This document shows, in pieces, positions 1-13,945 of a stretch of 64,000 nt of DNA. The position numbers and the translations under genes were made by a program. Source of the stretch: Lama guanicoe (taxonomy: Eukaryota). Position 1 is the first letter of the stretch; each line of letters starts with the position of its first letter. The notes under the pieces are model-generated. The model worked only from the letters and a program-made list of their open reading frames with translations. It searched no databases and was not told where the DNA came from. The stretch is taken from assembly GCA_013239625.1 (NCBI GenBank), contig MU053881.1, positions 9,881,957 to 9,945,956 on the forward strand, read 5' to 3'.

Positions 1-87
1 CCTGGGGTACATGCAGCCACTTTACATGATGGTTATAGTATTCTAGACCTAGTTGAAGGGGCTCAAACCCAGATTGAAGTTCATTCC

Positions 88-400
88 CACATTCAGCAAG
101 TGTTTATTCAGTGCCTACCACATGCCAGGCATAATGCTGATCATGAGGAACACAAAAGAGTTCAACAGAAGAGGATCCGTTTTCATGGAACCTACCGCCT
201 GGTGCGTGAAAAGACAACTAAGTTAAAAGGCGTAGACTGATAAACTGTAATAAGTAGCCTGATGGAAATGAACACGAGTGGGAGCACAGACATAATTTCG
301 ATGGTGAGAGCAAAGAAGATGTCTTTGAGGAGACTTGAAAGATGAGAAGATAGTACTGGGAAGAGATGGAAGAACAGGACTCTAACCAACAGCTGGTACA
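88..400 (-). mobile_element. L2 LINE 3' fragment
   Basis: cattcagcaagtgtttattcagtgcctaccacatgccaggca is the typical reverse-complemented L2 3' tail, followed by purine-rich L2-like sequence. Confidence 0.7.
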
Positions 401-789
401 GTTAGATCACAGTGGGAAAGGGGGAGAGTCTCTATCAGTCTCTCTAAAATTCCAATGCTAGAACAATGGAACTTCTGGAGGCCAATGACAGGATCCAAGG
501 AAGGGGGCAAGAGGTGTCCCAGTACTGAGGGCAATGAGCAGCTCCAAGGAGACCAAATGGAGGATACAATTTGGATGCCACGTAATTGCTGTGGAAAACA
601 AAACAAAACAAAACCTATTTCAGGAGCCCTTGGACTCCTAGAACACTTGCAATACCTTCGGTGGGGGATAAGGGAAGTCTAACGAGACAGCGAAAGTGGG
701 TAGGGATGAAAAGAAAATAATAAAAAATAAAAGGTTATGGGCAACAGCAGTTTGCTACGTATGTACAAATGGATAAGACTTTGTCCTCA

Positions 790-1015
790 CTGTTAGATGA
801 AGCTGGGTTTCAGTGCCAGTTCCACCACCTGCTACCTGAGTTATCCTGATACGGTTAGTTCACCTCTGAGTGACAGCTGGATACAGCTATAAAACAGGAA
901 TAAAAACAATCACCTGCCCACATAGGTTCTCTGGTAAGTGTGTGATGAGTTGACGTATGTAGTGTTTAACCTGATGCCTGACACACAGAAGAACTTGATG
1001 GACTTCAGCTATCTG
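790..1015 (+). mobile_element. MIR SINE
   Basis: gctgggtttcagtgccagttccaccacctgct...ctataaaacaggaataaaa...tgcctgacacacagaagaacttgat matches the MIR core and tail. Confidence 0.7.
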
Positions 1016-1121
1016 TATTGTTACTTCATGAGTAACATGAAATACTTTTTGTCCCTTGGACATCTGAGAGCCAGCAGACCTCTGAGCGAAGGTTCCAGAC
1101 TTCCAGGATTAGCAATCTTAC

Positions 1122-1209
1122 CCTGTATGTAGGAAGACGCTGTTTTACAGACGGAGCCATCCCTTTGGAAGCAGAATATTGTCATCACAGAGCAAAAAGG
1201 ACCAGACCA
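1122..1209 (-). other. Candidate spliced exon (88 nt), possibly cryptic
   Basis: Minus strand: ccttgttttctccag|tggtctgg...catacagg|gtaaga; unique sequence; no recognisable protein. Confidence 0.3.
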
Positions 1210-2101
1210 CTGGAGAAAACAAGGACACCCAAGCTGCCATTCAGTCTGTCACAGGACCTGCTGCCCTCATTCACTGACACACTAACCAATGGTTAGTTCG
1301 TTAAATTCCTCTTTCATTTGGTGATGCTACATAGCACTGACCTTTTCCAGCTCTATGGACGACAATGCTGAAAACAATGTGCTTCAAAGACAATGAAGAG
1401 GCAGGTGTCGGACACAAGGACATAAACGAGCCTTTACATATACAGTTTTACTTTAGAGGAACGGGACTGCCCTTAGCCAGAATTTGTCTCTCTCACCAGT
1501 TCACATGAATTCTACTACTGGATTTCATCATTTCAGCCTTTCCATTCTTTAACAATTTACCATCATAAGAGGCATAACAGAGTTTTCAGCCAAAACTTTA
1601 AACAGGAAATAACTTATCATTTTATTGGACTAAAAGGTAACATGGCCTTATAGAAATGGGAAGAAGGGTGGCACAGAGGTGGCAGAAAAGACAAGCAGTA
1701 TCACAAGGGAGCACATTGTTAGTTGCAGCCACCTTTCCATTTAGGAAAATGGAAGAAGGCTGCCAGTAAAGCCTTAGATCTTGGTGCCCAAAACCCTTTG
1801 ACTCAGTTTCTTCCTAAGAAGAGATTACAACCTAAAACATCTCTTCAAGTGGACCATAGTCCTCAGAGGCCCAGAGGCACTCTGCCTTCCCTAGAACAGA
1901 GTAACTGAAAATTGGACCGGGGCATCCATGAATGTAGAATTAAAATAACAGTAAATACACTGTTTTACAAAATGATTTATTGTGTGTTGGACTGATATTC
2001 TGAGAAGATGCTGATGAGAAGGATACTTTCCCCTCTTTTTTTTTTTTTTAACAATGTGGATAGCCTAGTATAGTTTTTTCTTAAAGTAACACTTGTCAGT
2101 T

Positions 2102-2207
2102 CACACACACACACAAATAATTAATAATAAATAATAATAACAATAATAATAATGAGGAGGAGGCGGAGGAAGGAGGAGAAGAAGGGGAAGGAGAAGAAGC
2201 AGCAGCT
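2102..2207 (+). repeat. Compound microsatellite (CA)n-(AAT)n-(GAG/GAA)n
   Basis: cacacacacaca, aataataat..., gaggaggaggcggaggaaggaggagaagaag directly visible. Confidence 0.9.
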
Positions 2208-2589
2208 GCCGTACTCACAGTATAGTTCTTGGCTAAAAGTACTTAATGTAGCAGCTGTGAAGTTTCACCTAATAGTGTTTGCAGCTTTAAAGCAGAGACA
2301 GTCCTTTGTGATTATTACACATGCAATGGACAGCAGTCAAAATAACCTACTCCTTCTGAGAGCTCACTAGCATATAGTATATACCCTTTCCTTTTGGGGG
2401 TAATAGTAAAGCTAAATTAGGAACACTAACATTATAAATTCCAAGAACTGTGTTGAGTATCTTAAAAGCGCTATGTGAGACTAGCCCTATTATTACTGAT
2501 ATTTTAATGTTAAGCAAACTGGTTCCAGCTCCAGATGAGAGAGAGAGAGCACACCCCTCCCCACCCCACCTCTCGCTCTGTACACAGTC

Positions 2590-4470
2590 CCCAGAGAGCT
2601 ACGTGACATCTACGCTGCTACACAACCTTGACGGACACGTGGAGGAACTGTATGTGGACTGAAAAATCAACAGCAGCAGTAAGACTCGGGAAGAGACAAA
2701 AAACCACAGCACTACTGAATCGGCAAGGAGCTTACTAATATCTTCCCTCTTGTTTCTCTCAACCTGATGGATTGCAATATAATCTGAAACACAAAAGTGG
2801 TAACTGAGGCACAGGCAGAGAGAGTTCCTCCTCATTTTGGCTGGAAGAGTGGAAAGAAGAATTGCCAACCACAGAGAGAGGACAGACAGACACCTCCCCC
2901 ACACACTGTTTATTTTATTACTTCTCCATTTCCTCACACTCCAGCCCCCTAGAAATCCTGTGTTGGCAGCAGTAGCGGCAGAAACAGGAGCCTGCAGGAG
3001 CCAAAACGAAGAACACCGTCCCCTCTATTTTATCAAACTATGGGTCCAAGAGAGTGGGGAGAACTTTTTTTCCTTTCTGTCCTCTTGCAACTTGGCCTTG
3101 GATGCAGATATAATCACAACAGTGCACAGCAAAGTGGGGTGATGGGTTACCAAAGACCCAGCATTCTGGATGGAGAACTGAAAAGGGGTGCTTCAGAGAA
3201 ATGGAAAATATGTGGGAGATTGTAGAGGAGATATCGTTTGGGACAATAATCCCATGAACTTTTTCATAGACTATGTGGATCTGATCCTAATCAGCACGTT
3301 GAATAATCTGAGAGCTGAACAAAAAGACCACTGCCCGCATCCCAGAGTGGTCACTATGTGGCGGCACACATGTGGAACAGATCTGAATAGCTTTGCAAAG
3401 GATCTGAACACTGAACTGACATAGAGGTCACAGCCCAAAGAAGGGACATTATAGCTTACAGTTTGAACCTGATCTTCTCAATCAAAAGCGTAAACATTCT
3501 CCTTGAAATTTAACAGTCTCAAATTTCATAACATAATATTCAAAATGTCCAGGATTTAACCCAAGATTACCAGACACACAGAGAACCAGGAAAATCTCAA
3601 CTTTATGGGAAATGACAATTAATGGACGTTGATGCTCTGATGAGAAAAAAATGTTGGAATTATTTAATAAAAAAATTAAAGCACAAAAATGCTTTAACAA
3701 ACAATTGTGAATATACTTAAAGCAAATGGAAAAACAGAAAGTCCTGTCAGAGAAAAAGATAATATTGAGAAGAATTAATTAAACTAATGAATGGAAAAAA
3801 AATAATAAATGGAACTGTAAACTCACTGGATGTGCTTATTAGCAGAATGGAGGTAACAGAAAAAATAGTCATTGAATCTGAAGATAGAACAATAGAAATA
3901 ATCTAACCTGAACAACAAAAAGAAAAAAAAAAAAGAACAGTCTCAGGCAACTGTGGAACAGTAACACAATGTCTACCACTATCTCTGAGAGAAGAGGAAT
4001 AGTACTAAACAGTTTTGGAAGAAATAATGGCTAGAAACTTCTCAAGTCTGATGAAATACATAAACCTACAGATTCAAAAGGCTCAATAAATCCCAAAAAA
4101 GGAAAAAAAAAAAAGCAATACCCCCAGACATAATTAAACTGCTAAAAAAACATAAAAGACAAAGGAAAACCAAACCAAACCAAACCAAACCTTGAAAAAC
4201 AACATGTTAACTATAGGGGAAATAATGATTTAAATGATAGCAAATTTCTTTTCAGAAATTATGGGGTCAAAAGACAGTGTCATAGCATTTTTCAAGTGTT
4301 AAAAGGAAAATACTATGAACCTAGAATTTTCTTAAAATTTAAATATATTGAATATAATTGAAATATAAGTGAAAATATTCTTCAGAAATGAAGAGCAAAA
4401 CAAAACGCAAAACATTATCACATGAAGGACAACTAAGAGAATTCACTGCCAGCAAATCTGCTCTGAAGTT
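2590..4470 (+). mobile_element. Old L1 (L1M-type) 5' region and ORF1 remnant
   Basis: aactcactggatgtgcttattagcagaatggaggtaacagaaaaaatagtcattgaatctgaagatagaacaatagaaat and gaaataatggctagaaacttctcaagtctgatgaaatacataaacctacagattcaa are degenerate L1 ORF1 motifs; A-rich; many stops. Confidence 0.8.
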
Positions 4471-6934
4471 AGGCAAAGATGTCAGAAAGACAAAACAACT
4501 TTTGGATCACTTGATTATTCTCTTTCCTAAGTTCTCAGTTCTGTGTCTATAACAACAATGTGTACACGTCTCTGGAACCCAGTAAACACTAGTCTGACGT
4601 GGTAAAGGACAAGGATGTGCATTTATTCCTCAGGTGGAAGTTCTCTCTGATAACATGCCTTCACTCTTTTCTTCTTGCAGAAGCATGTAAAGTGAAAGGT
4701 CTTTTTTTTATGATATTTGATTTTGAATTTCGTATTACAATAACAAAAAAATTAGGGGAGATTTCTGGAATCTTTCCAAGAGAAAGATCTGACTACATCA
4801 GGGGGGAATACAAGGAAAACAGTACTTTGGGGGAACAATTTTCTCGTTACTTATCAAAAGCAAGGGAGTGTTACCACAATAGCCAATACAGCTAGACTCC
4901 TCCGCTCTGAATTCCACAAGAGTCCCCCAGATCCCTTCACCTCTCTGAGGTTAGAAAATCTAGAGAATCTCTCTTTTGGGTTGTCCCGATTTCCTCACAG
5001 AGATGTTGCGAGCGTTAAGGTCTATACATGTACTTGAGTGTCTTCAGCTATGACTTTGAAAAGGGTGAAAATCACAGGAAAGAGAGTTATGGATTTGTCT
5101 CCATCCTATGTTAATGTTTTTATGTATCTTCTGAAAATTTAACTTACACCTGTTGGTCCTCTGCTAGACTAACATTTCTCACGAGTTGAAGTTTCCAAAC
5201 CAAAACTAAGTTTCAGCAATAATAGTCCTCTTGATAAATCCTCCTCTCTCTTTGGGTGACTACATTATTTTTTAAAGCACACTATGTCTGAAAATATGTT
5301 ATTTTTCTTGATTCATTTACAGCCTGCTTAAGAGTGTCTTCTCCATCTGCTTTTATTCCTTGTTTGAGTTTAAAAGGAAGAGCTGCCTAAACTAAGCAGA
5401 TCAATAGACAGCAGCATACACTAATGCATTCATTATGGTGTTAAAATCCTGTTTCCTGTTAATATGGCTCATCTGGGCTCTCATGTCGGCTGTAAGGGCA
5501 TTTTATAGCTGATCTTTCTCTGGAATGTTTTACTTGTTGAGAATTCTGCCTTGATGAAGGTACAAGGAAGTGACTTGACCATTAACCACCAAAGTTCCCC
5601 AGCGACCACTTCTGTTCTCACCCATACAGCAGGCACAACAATGAGTAAATATCTCCTTGCATATTAAGTGCTTAATCCAAATCCTCTGTTTCAGCGCAGA
5701 CGTCTCAGCCAAATGGGGCAATGAGAAATGAACATATACTGAGATTTCACTGCTTTCTAGCAAAACTGAAGAACTGGCTGTCTTGCTGTAGGAAGGTTTT
5801 ATAATGATCAAGACCTTTTGGAGTGATTCAAACCTGTTTATATAATCCTGCTGCTGAGATCTGCTTTTTGCTTTTCTCTGTCAGCAGCGTGACAAAGTGG
5901 ACTGCCTTCTCAATGACTTGTCCGGGAGGGGGACCCAGAAAGAAAAGTCGAGCACAGACCATGCCACTCGGAGCAGGAAACCGGAGACCAACTGCTGGTG
6001 CTGGTTTGCTCCACAGCTCCCAATGGTGACAACGGCTTTATAGCCTTATTCTCAGATCAAGTGGGAAATTACAAACACATTAATGCCCTCCAGTCAAATA
6101 CTTGCCAAGATAACAGATGGCCGATACCACCAAGCAACCTTGACCTGTGGTCACCCGCCCTGTCAATCAAATACAGAATCTCTTCTCTGGGGAAAACGCT
6201 GTCTTCTGTGCAACACAGCATGTTCAACTAACATTGCAGATTTAATAAAACACATAGCCCATGCAGCAAATATGGCCACAGCCTCTTCCTTCAAGTGAAC
6301 TAAGGGATCAGCATGCTAAAGAAATCCCCTCAAGTCTTCAACTGCTTCCACATAAACACTGGACAGAAAATGGAACACTGCTGAGCCAGAACCGACAATT
6401 ATATTCAACATCTGAAATAAAAAGAAATCTCTCTTTGGGGGCTGACAGAACACATGAGTGTCTTACACCTTGCAAGTAAGTGCCCCTCTAAATCACAGGA
6501 AATAGCCATCACCTATAGATTAAATATATGCTATTAACCAGTGTGCTTGGATGCACCCATTAGATGTGAAAACCCTGCAAATATTTCAGAGCGTATCTGC
6601 CATTTGGTGGTAAAGGGGAGAGCGCTCTTACTAATGTTAAAACTCCACGTGCACAAAGGCTGACATAAAGAAGCTATCTAAAGGTATACGTGAAGGCTGA
6701 CATTCAGAGCCCAGCTGTAAAGCTTTATCAAGAGGTCATCAGGGAGCTTTTGCAGCCATTTCTGCAACAGACCCATTCTTTCTGGAAGGGGAGAGGAGAG
6801 GAGGTGTGTGGCTGGGGATTTGGTAGCCCAAAAACTAACATCACAAAGACCCACTGACTTGGAAGCAAGAGGTCAGGCTTGGGTTTACTCTGGGTCCTAC
6901 TCCCAACTGGCCACTGTCATGGGAAATAACTTAG

Positions 6935-7330
6935 ATATTGAGCAAGAACTTGGACTCTGGATCTAAGATGAGCCTGTGCTTGAGCCCTAACACTGCAACT
7001 TACTACTTCCATGGCCTGGAGCGTCTGAAATCAACCCTCTGCCTCAGTTTCCTCATCAGTCAGATGAGGACAGTAAGAGTTTTTTCCAAGGTCTTATTGG
7101 AATCATTAAATGTAGTAAAGCATGCTAAGCCTTTAGCATGATGCCTGGTACAGACCGAGACTCATTAAATGTTAGTTATCATTAATAAATGTTCATCATG
7201 ACTATTAACAGTTTAGTAAATCTTGGGAAAATTACTTATGCACTCTGAGCCCATTTTCTCATCTGTAGAGGGAGAAATTGGAGTGGGTTATTATGATAAA
7301 ATGCTTCCAGCTCTCACATTCTATGGATTC
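6935..7330 (+). mobile_element. Two MIR-family SINEs in tandem
   Basis: ctctgcctcagtttcctcatcagtcagatgagg and ctctgagcccattttctcatctgtagagg MIR cores. Confidence 0.75.
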
Positions 7331-7454
7331 GTAACTCCGATTTATTGCTGGTAAATATAGATGCCTCCTACAGACACATAATAGGTTACTAATGCATTTC
7401 TTGGAGCAGAAAATTGTTTAAGCTGACATTCTGTGTCCTGAAAGGTCCAAGGCA

Positions 7455-7570
7455 TTACCTCATTAAATCCTCACCACAACCCTGTGAGGCAGTAAGAGAA
7501 GGGGAAACTGAGGCTCAAACAAGTTAGGAGGCTGCCCACGGTCACACAGCTTCTGAGACTAAAAACCAGC
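7455..7570 (-). mobile_element. MIR SINE
   Basis: cctcattaaatcctcaccacaaccctgtgagg...ggaaactgaggctcaaacaagttaggaggctgcccacggtcacacagc. Confidence 0.75.
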
Positions 7571-8454
7571 ACAGAGCAGCAACAGGATGGAGAAAGGGGA
7601 GTGAGAGCACACGCCGGGAGGCAAGCTTGTCGAGGCTCCTGGCAGAACAGGTAACCATGACCGTGCGCCACCTGGGCCCGTAAGATGCCAGTGTTCCCTG
7701 GGAGACGACTGAAACTCAGGCTCCGCAGCCAAGGGGAAGGAGAAGAGGAGGGATGTTGCGTTAATTTATTTAACATAAATAATGGATTCCTTAATTATCT
7801 GCCACATGATTAAGTAATTCTGCTGTAAATAATTTAAATCAAGGGGAGGGGAGGACATCGAGCATAGGGAGCTCTGTTTTTAAAAATGTACTTTCCAGGT
7901 AGAGGTCAATTGGGATTTCAAATAAAAGCTTCATGAGATCATTTACTCACTGACACTTGGGATTGCTGCCATGTGCCAAGTACTGTGTGAGACATTGTGA
8001 GTATAATGAAGAGCAATCTGAGCTCTCAGCTTAGGACGGTACAGTCTAATGAGGAAGCCAGCTATATAACCAAAAAATGGGATTCTAAGTGTCATCAGTC
8101 CTGTGGGGGAACAGAGGAGACAGCAACCAATTGCCAGGAAGGTGAACTAAGGAAGGACTCGAGCTGGAGCTTAAAATAGAACAAACAGGAAGAGTGAGGT
8201 GCCTGGGAGACCGGGTGGGAGGGGGGCTTGCCACAGCTCCTTTGGAATTAGACACCACTGCTAATTCAAAAGAGAGGGAGAAACAGAGAGAGAGAACCTG
8301 TTGTGAAAGGAGAATTTAATTTGCCCTCTCCTTTATTGTTGTGAAAGAAACAAGTATACTGTTCTCAGCGATTTTCAGCACAACCCTTTAAGGAATGAGA
8401 ACTCAAAGATGCGACCCGCCAAGCAAAAGCAGAGTTCAGTTTTAAAAGGCAGGA

Positions 8455-8710
8455 ACGCGGGGCGAGCAGAGCTTGTCTTTGGAGCCAAACTTCCTGTGTT
8501 TGAGTTCTGCCTCCAACTCTCAGCAACCAGGAGACTTCAGGTGGTTCACTTTTACCTCCCTGAGCTTCAGTTTCTTCATCTATAAAGAGACGATGAGAAT
8601 AATACTGATAATGTCTACTGTGTAAAGTTTCAATGAAATAATGCATATGCTCAGGCAAACGCAGAGACTGAGAAAAAGCAGGTGATCCATAATGTTTAAC
8701 TGTTAGTATT
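8455..8710 (+). mobile_element. MIR SINE
   Basis: tttggagccaaacttcctgtgtttgagttctgcctcc...ccctgagcttcagtttcttcatctataaa. Confidence 0.75.
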
Positions 8711-11214
8711 AGCAGCATTATACTAACTGTTTCTAGAGGAACAATAAGCATCAGAAAACATGGGGCTCTCAGAACTGACAATCTTTCTGAGACCGAAATA
8801 AGCGTTCACTGTTGAGAGAAATCTGCACTATGTAATACCGCACACACTATGCCCTGCACGTAAGGCAGGGCAATAATCATGAAATTTCTCATACTGTGGA
8901 GAACAAGGACTTGGGGAGGGCTTTCTGCTTATTGCCTTTGTTATTTTGAGTAAGTCATTTGCCAAAGATACTAAGTTTTCTCATCTGAAACATGGGCTCT
9001 CTCCTCTCTAACTCATGAAAGCAATTCCCAGAGATGGAGTCAGAAGAAAAATAAATAAATGACAAAAAAAAAAAAAAAAGCATGAGTTACAGAGTACGGC
9101 AGTGTATGTCCTTCACAAAAGTATTTCCTTCTAGTCGGCTCCTTTGAGACTACTTCTGTGAATTACCCTATTATATAAAATGCTTGGATAACAGAGTGGT
9201 TTTCCTTCTCATCTGGGCCTCTTCATGCTCTGCAGCCTCGGTGTGCAGCTGAAGTCTTGCTGTTTGGCACACGAAGTCCTGCCCACGGGTGTAAGGTATC
9301 CAGAATGCTGACTCATTTTCACGTTTTCCCCTTGCCATTTCACTGGGATAATCACACTGGACCACGGGCTTGTAAAATGCATCGTGCTGCTTCTTCCTCA
9401 CATGCATCCTGAGTCTCAGATGCAATGAGTTAAGTAGGATACTGGCAGTTGCCTTAAGGATGAAGATCTGTTGAAAGGACCGAATTCAGCCCCTAGAAAA
9501 CGAGGCTGTTAGGATCACTGTGCCTCCTAAATGATACTCAACTGTGGAACAGAAAATTGTACTATGCAATCTAGCAATCTGCGGTGTCTTAGGCCCCATT
9601 CGGCAGGAATATCAGCTAGGGTTTGGTTACAAGTAACAGAAAGTAAGTCCAGCTATCTTAAGCTAATTTAAAAAAATCTAAATACAAGAAAAACTGAACA
9701 GTCAAGCCTCTGAAAAGATAATAACTGGGCGGCTCTAAGCATCAAAATTCAGGAAACAAAGGAGAATCTCTTCATGGTTCTATGGTCGAGATCAACACCT
9801 GCCAACCATGTCCTGCCCATATATCATTCGGATGCCCAAAGGAGAGTCTACCTGGCCTACTGGGGTCAGGCGTCTACCCTCTGGCCAGAGGAAAGCAAGA
9901 CACCTTGAATGAGTATCACACAAAGACTGTACATGTTGGGCAAAGTGCAGTTTTTCAAAGGAAAATTGAAATGCTGTTTCCAAAATAAGGGGGAATGGAT
10001 GCTGGGCAGGCAAAAACAACAGATGTCCATTGCAGCAGGTCTATTTGGTCTATCTTTGATGAGCCAAAAGACCAGAAACTGTGCAAAGACACATGCATCA
10101 CATACACACCACACACAATTTTGTGTCGATTCCTAGAGCAAGTCGGCTTCAGAGTTGACTGACTTTATTCCACTTTGATTCTCTTCTTGCTTTTCAGAAC
10201 AATGTCTACCTCTCTCCAACCTCATTCCTTTTGCCCAGTTTCCCACACAACATATCTCCTACTGCTAGGATATTTCCCACGAACACAGTCAACTAAGTGC
10301 CCAATCCTACTCCATTCCTATCACTGAATAAACAACACAAATGGTGCCAAAAACAGAAGTATTATGCACACTTTCGAAAAAAAAATTGTTCTAAATTACC
10401 TTCCACTATTTTTAGTTGGGGACAAAAACAGATTCATTTTTGTTAAACAATGATCTGTTCTTATTGTTATATTCCACCCTGAATATGACATATCATATAT
10501 CTTTCCTCTAATAGTTTTCTATAAAGTAGAATGCAATCCTCTGTTTTCAATCTTTAGATGCCACAGATTGCTATGGTAACCTTGGATTTCTTGATGTATA
10601 AATTTCTTCCTTTATAAAAGAAATAATTTTAGTTTAATTTACTAATGGATTTTAACTCAATCTACAAGAACAAATAAGTCCAACCATACCGCTTTTTATT
10701 AAAAATCTATAATCAGAATTTTGCAAATGGAAAGGTGGTTTCTCAAAGACCTTGAAATGTAATATATAGTTGGAAAAACATGAAAATGTGAATAAAGCAA
10801 CATATCAAAGCCAAAATACAGTAGCTACTTCAATGGAAATTTTTTTTCAAAAAAAAAAGCATTTACCTTAGAAGATCAAAAGATAAGCTTGGAATAGTAA
10901 TCACACTATCAAAAAAAATAACTAAACGAAACTCCCAAATTCATGAAGCATTGTGCTCAAGAATGCATGTATTTATTCTTTGTTGTGAAAAATCCTGGAA
11001 TGTAGATTCAAATAGACAGATCCAAATGGTATTTTGACACATAACATCAGGGCTGAATGTGCCCTAGTTTACTTCAGTTCCTGCTTTACTTCTACCGGAC
11101 TCAGTGTAGGGTCCAAAAACCTACTGGAAATTTTAACTTGAAACAAAGTGAAATGTCCTAACACATCTAGTTGTCTGTCTTCTGGCTCTGTGTTTCTCCC
11201 CTCTGCAAAATCAA

Positions 11215-11450
11215 CAGGGAGGTTTAGTGGAAAGGGAGTTGGGTCAAGAATCAGAAGACTTCAACATCTATTGTAAGCCCTGCCATCTCCGTGCTGTGTG
11301 TGCTTAGGCAAGTCATGCAAACACTCTGAGCTGTGTCTTTTAAGACCCTCCCAGTCGACATCAGATGGCATTGTCATGTTGTTAGGATTAAATAATGTAA
11401 GTGTACCAGAGGCTTTCGAATTTACAAAGTTGGACTCAAATGTAGGGTGC
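11215..11450 (+). mobile_element. MIR SINE
   Basis: tagtggaaagggagttgggtcaagaatcagaagac...gctgtgtgtgcttaggcaagtcatgcaaacactctgagc. Confidence 0.65.
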
Positions 11451-12844
11451 TGTCCTGAACAGGGCCAAATCCTGACATCGGCTTCTTAAGCAGGAAGACA
11501 GTGACATTCTGGGGTTCTTTTGCCTCTCAGACTACATCTCATGACTTTGCCACATGGTCCCAGGGAAGACAGGGAAGTCCAGAGGGCAGAAGTTCTCTAA
11601 TTTAAGCACAACGTAAGACCTCTGTAAGAGAAAATGTTATCAAAACAAAGCCGGGGCCACCTAAGAAGGTGCTAAGGAGCCATCCAGAGATCTCGTGACT
11701 TATTTCTTTAAGATTTATTTCATAAATGCGTATTTCCTTTCATCTGCCTCAGACTGAATTCAAATAGGTGGCATTTCTGTTCTCCAAAGAATAATGAAAC
11801 CTCTGTTGTGTGTACTTATCCCAGCTCTTAGATGGAAAATTTTTCTTCTTCCCAAATTTCAACACATGAAGTTCACCCCCTTTGAATTCTGTCTGTTAAA
11901 ATTGAAGTATCCCTCACATGCATCTTAGTTTACAGCACTGTCTAAGCCAAACACTTAGTAACCGTACAAGTTCTTCCTAGGATGCTGCTGCCTGGATGTC
12001 TGAGTGGAGAGTGAGCTGCCTGGCACGGCCCCATCTTTGCTTGGGGGGAGACAGTAAAGAGGAAAAGGAACCTAAGTCTTGGGTTCAGAGGCCTCAGTGG
12101 GAGTGCAGGTCGGCCCACATGTGACCTGTCAGACTTGACGGGAAGTTTCCAGACTTAAGGAACAAAAGTACTGCCCCTAGTCTGTCAAGATCGTAGACCT
12201 GTCCTCTGGGAGCACTTGCTGAATAAACTAGACCATGCTTGACTACAAGTGAAGAATCACCGATGACTTGAGTCTGGCCTAATTTTACATTTGTTTCTTC
12301 ATCTTCTATAAAAAGTATCTCATTTCTTTTCTGATTTTAGAATAATGCATGTCTGCCTTTGGGGAATTTGGAAAATATGGACAGTACAAAGAAAAACTGT
12401 CTCCTATGCCACTCCCCACATATAATCACGGGCCACCTTTTGAGGTGTTTCTTTCTACTGGGCGCATATACACAGGCATGTACGGTACAATATGTGCCAT
12501 GTGTATCCTGATTTTTTTTTCGCATCACATGGTATTAAACATGTTTTCCATGTTTGTTGCTATTCTTAGACACCATGAGATTAATGGCTCCTTACACTTA
12601 CATCCTACGACTCTGCCAAGTTTGCCTTTGCCTGTCCTCAATTTCACATTCTTAAAAACATTATTTTCAAAGTGAAACCTCAGCTTAAAAAAAAAAGCAA
12701 ACAGAAGTTTAAAGTAAAAATAGTAAATATTCTATTTACTCCCCATTGTCCTGCTTCCTATCCAGAGGCATCTTCTACAGCACGTTTTCTGTAACCTTGC
12801 AGAACTGTTTCTGAATGTTCACAAAAATAATCTCTATATTCTTG

Positions 12845-13220
12845 CCACTCAAGATCTGTTAACATCAGCATTCTCTTGGAGCTTGTTGGAAGCAAGGAGT
12901 CTCAGGTCCCATTCCAGCTCCACAAAACCAAGTCCACATCTTAACAAGATCTCAAGCAGTCTGTACACATATTAAAGTTTGAGAAGCTTGTCTGCATCGG
13001 GGAGCTTGGGGCCAGACCCAGCCTGCTTCCTGTTTTTGCAAGGCATGCCAAATATGAACACCTTTTACATTTTCACGTGGGTGAAAAGAGATTAAAAAAA
13101 AAAAAAGATCACTACTGAGTGACACATGAAGCAAAGCCATGAAATGTTCCATATATTTAAAAAATTTTAAAAAGCGTAAAGGGAGATAAATAACTAAGAG
13201 AATGGAAATTGGCACTCCCT
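12845..13220. mobile_element. hAT-Charlie MITE fragments (MER5-like, then MER58B-like)
   Basis: ttggagcttgttggaagc...cttaacaagatctcaagcagtctgtacacatattaaagtttgagaagc (MER5); ggggccagacccagcctgcttcctgtttttgc...gtgacacatgaag (MER58). Confidence 0.6.
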
Positions 13221-13945
13221 GGGCATAAGCACAAGGTATTTAGAGGGGTTGGGTTTTTAGGTCTAGGATTTTTTTGTCTCTCATTTCTAACCGATGCCAA
13301 CATCTCACGTGGTTGCAAATGAGCAGAGAATTTCCACACCCAGAAACTGTTTTAATTAAGAAAACAAGAATCCAGCAGGGAACCCTGCAATTTGCTCACC
13401 TGCATTATCCCCCGGAGTGAACTCACTTGTACGAATTCGGCTGCTTTTAAGAGTTGATTAATCCGACATTCTGATTTGCACACTGTTCAGATATGCCAGG
13501 TACGAACATTAGCGGCCTGACTGCCACGCTAGGCCTGAGAAACCTGTTTGTCTCAGGACAGAAGAGGTAAGAAGGATGCTGCTGCTGCTAAAACACACGG
13601 GCTTACGACAAGTTTGGGGCTTCGTGACTCAACAGTCTTATTTATCGTCACTGAGGGCATTTTCTCTAAGTGACAGCTGCAGGAGGAGACGAAAATACGT
13701 TAGCACCAACTCTCTCTGCTGCTTTAGTAATTATTTCATATGTGTATTTCACCCGTGTGTGTTAAAATATGGTGTGGTATTTCAAAATACATTTCTATCA
13801 CATGATAACCCTGAACCTATCATTTTAGTGTGCTGAACTTTCAATCAACATTTTTATTCACTAAAGATGAACATTTCAGAAAGACTGAAAATAGGCATTT
13901 TGCTTATCTAAAAATAATTAGCTGTTCTCAAATCCCAATGGGCCA

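Noticed and set aside
2152..2370. ORF starting MRRRRRKEEKK
   Set aside because: Translation of a purine microsatellite
9171..9425. 84-aa minus-strand ORF in unique DNA
   Set aside because: No recognisable homology and no clear splice signals
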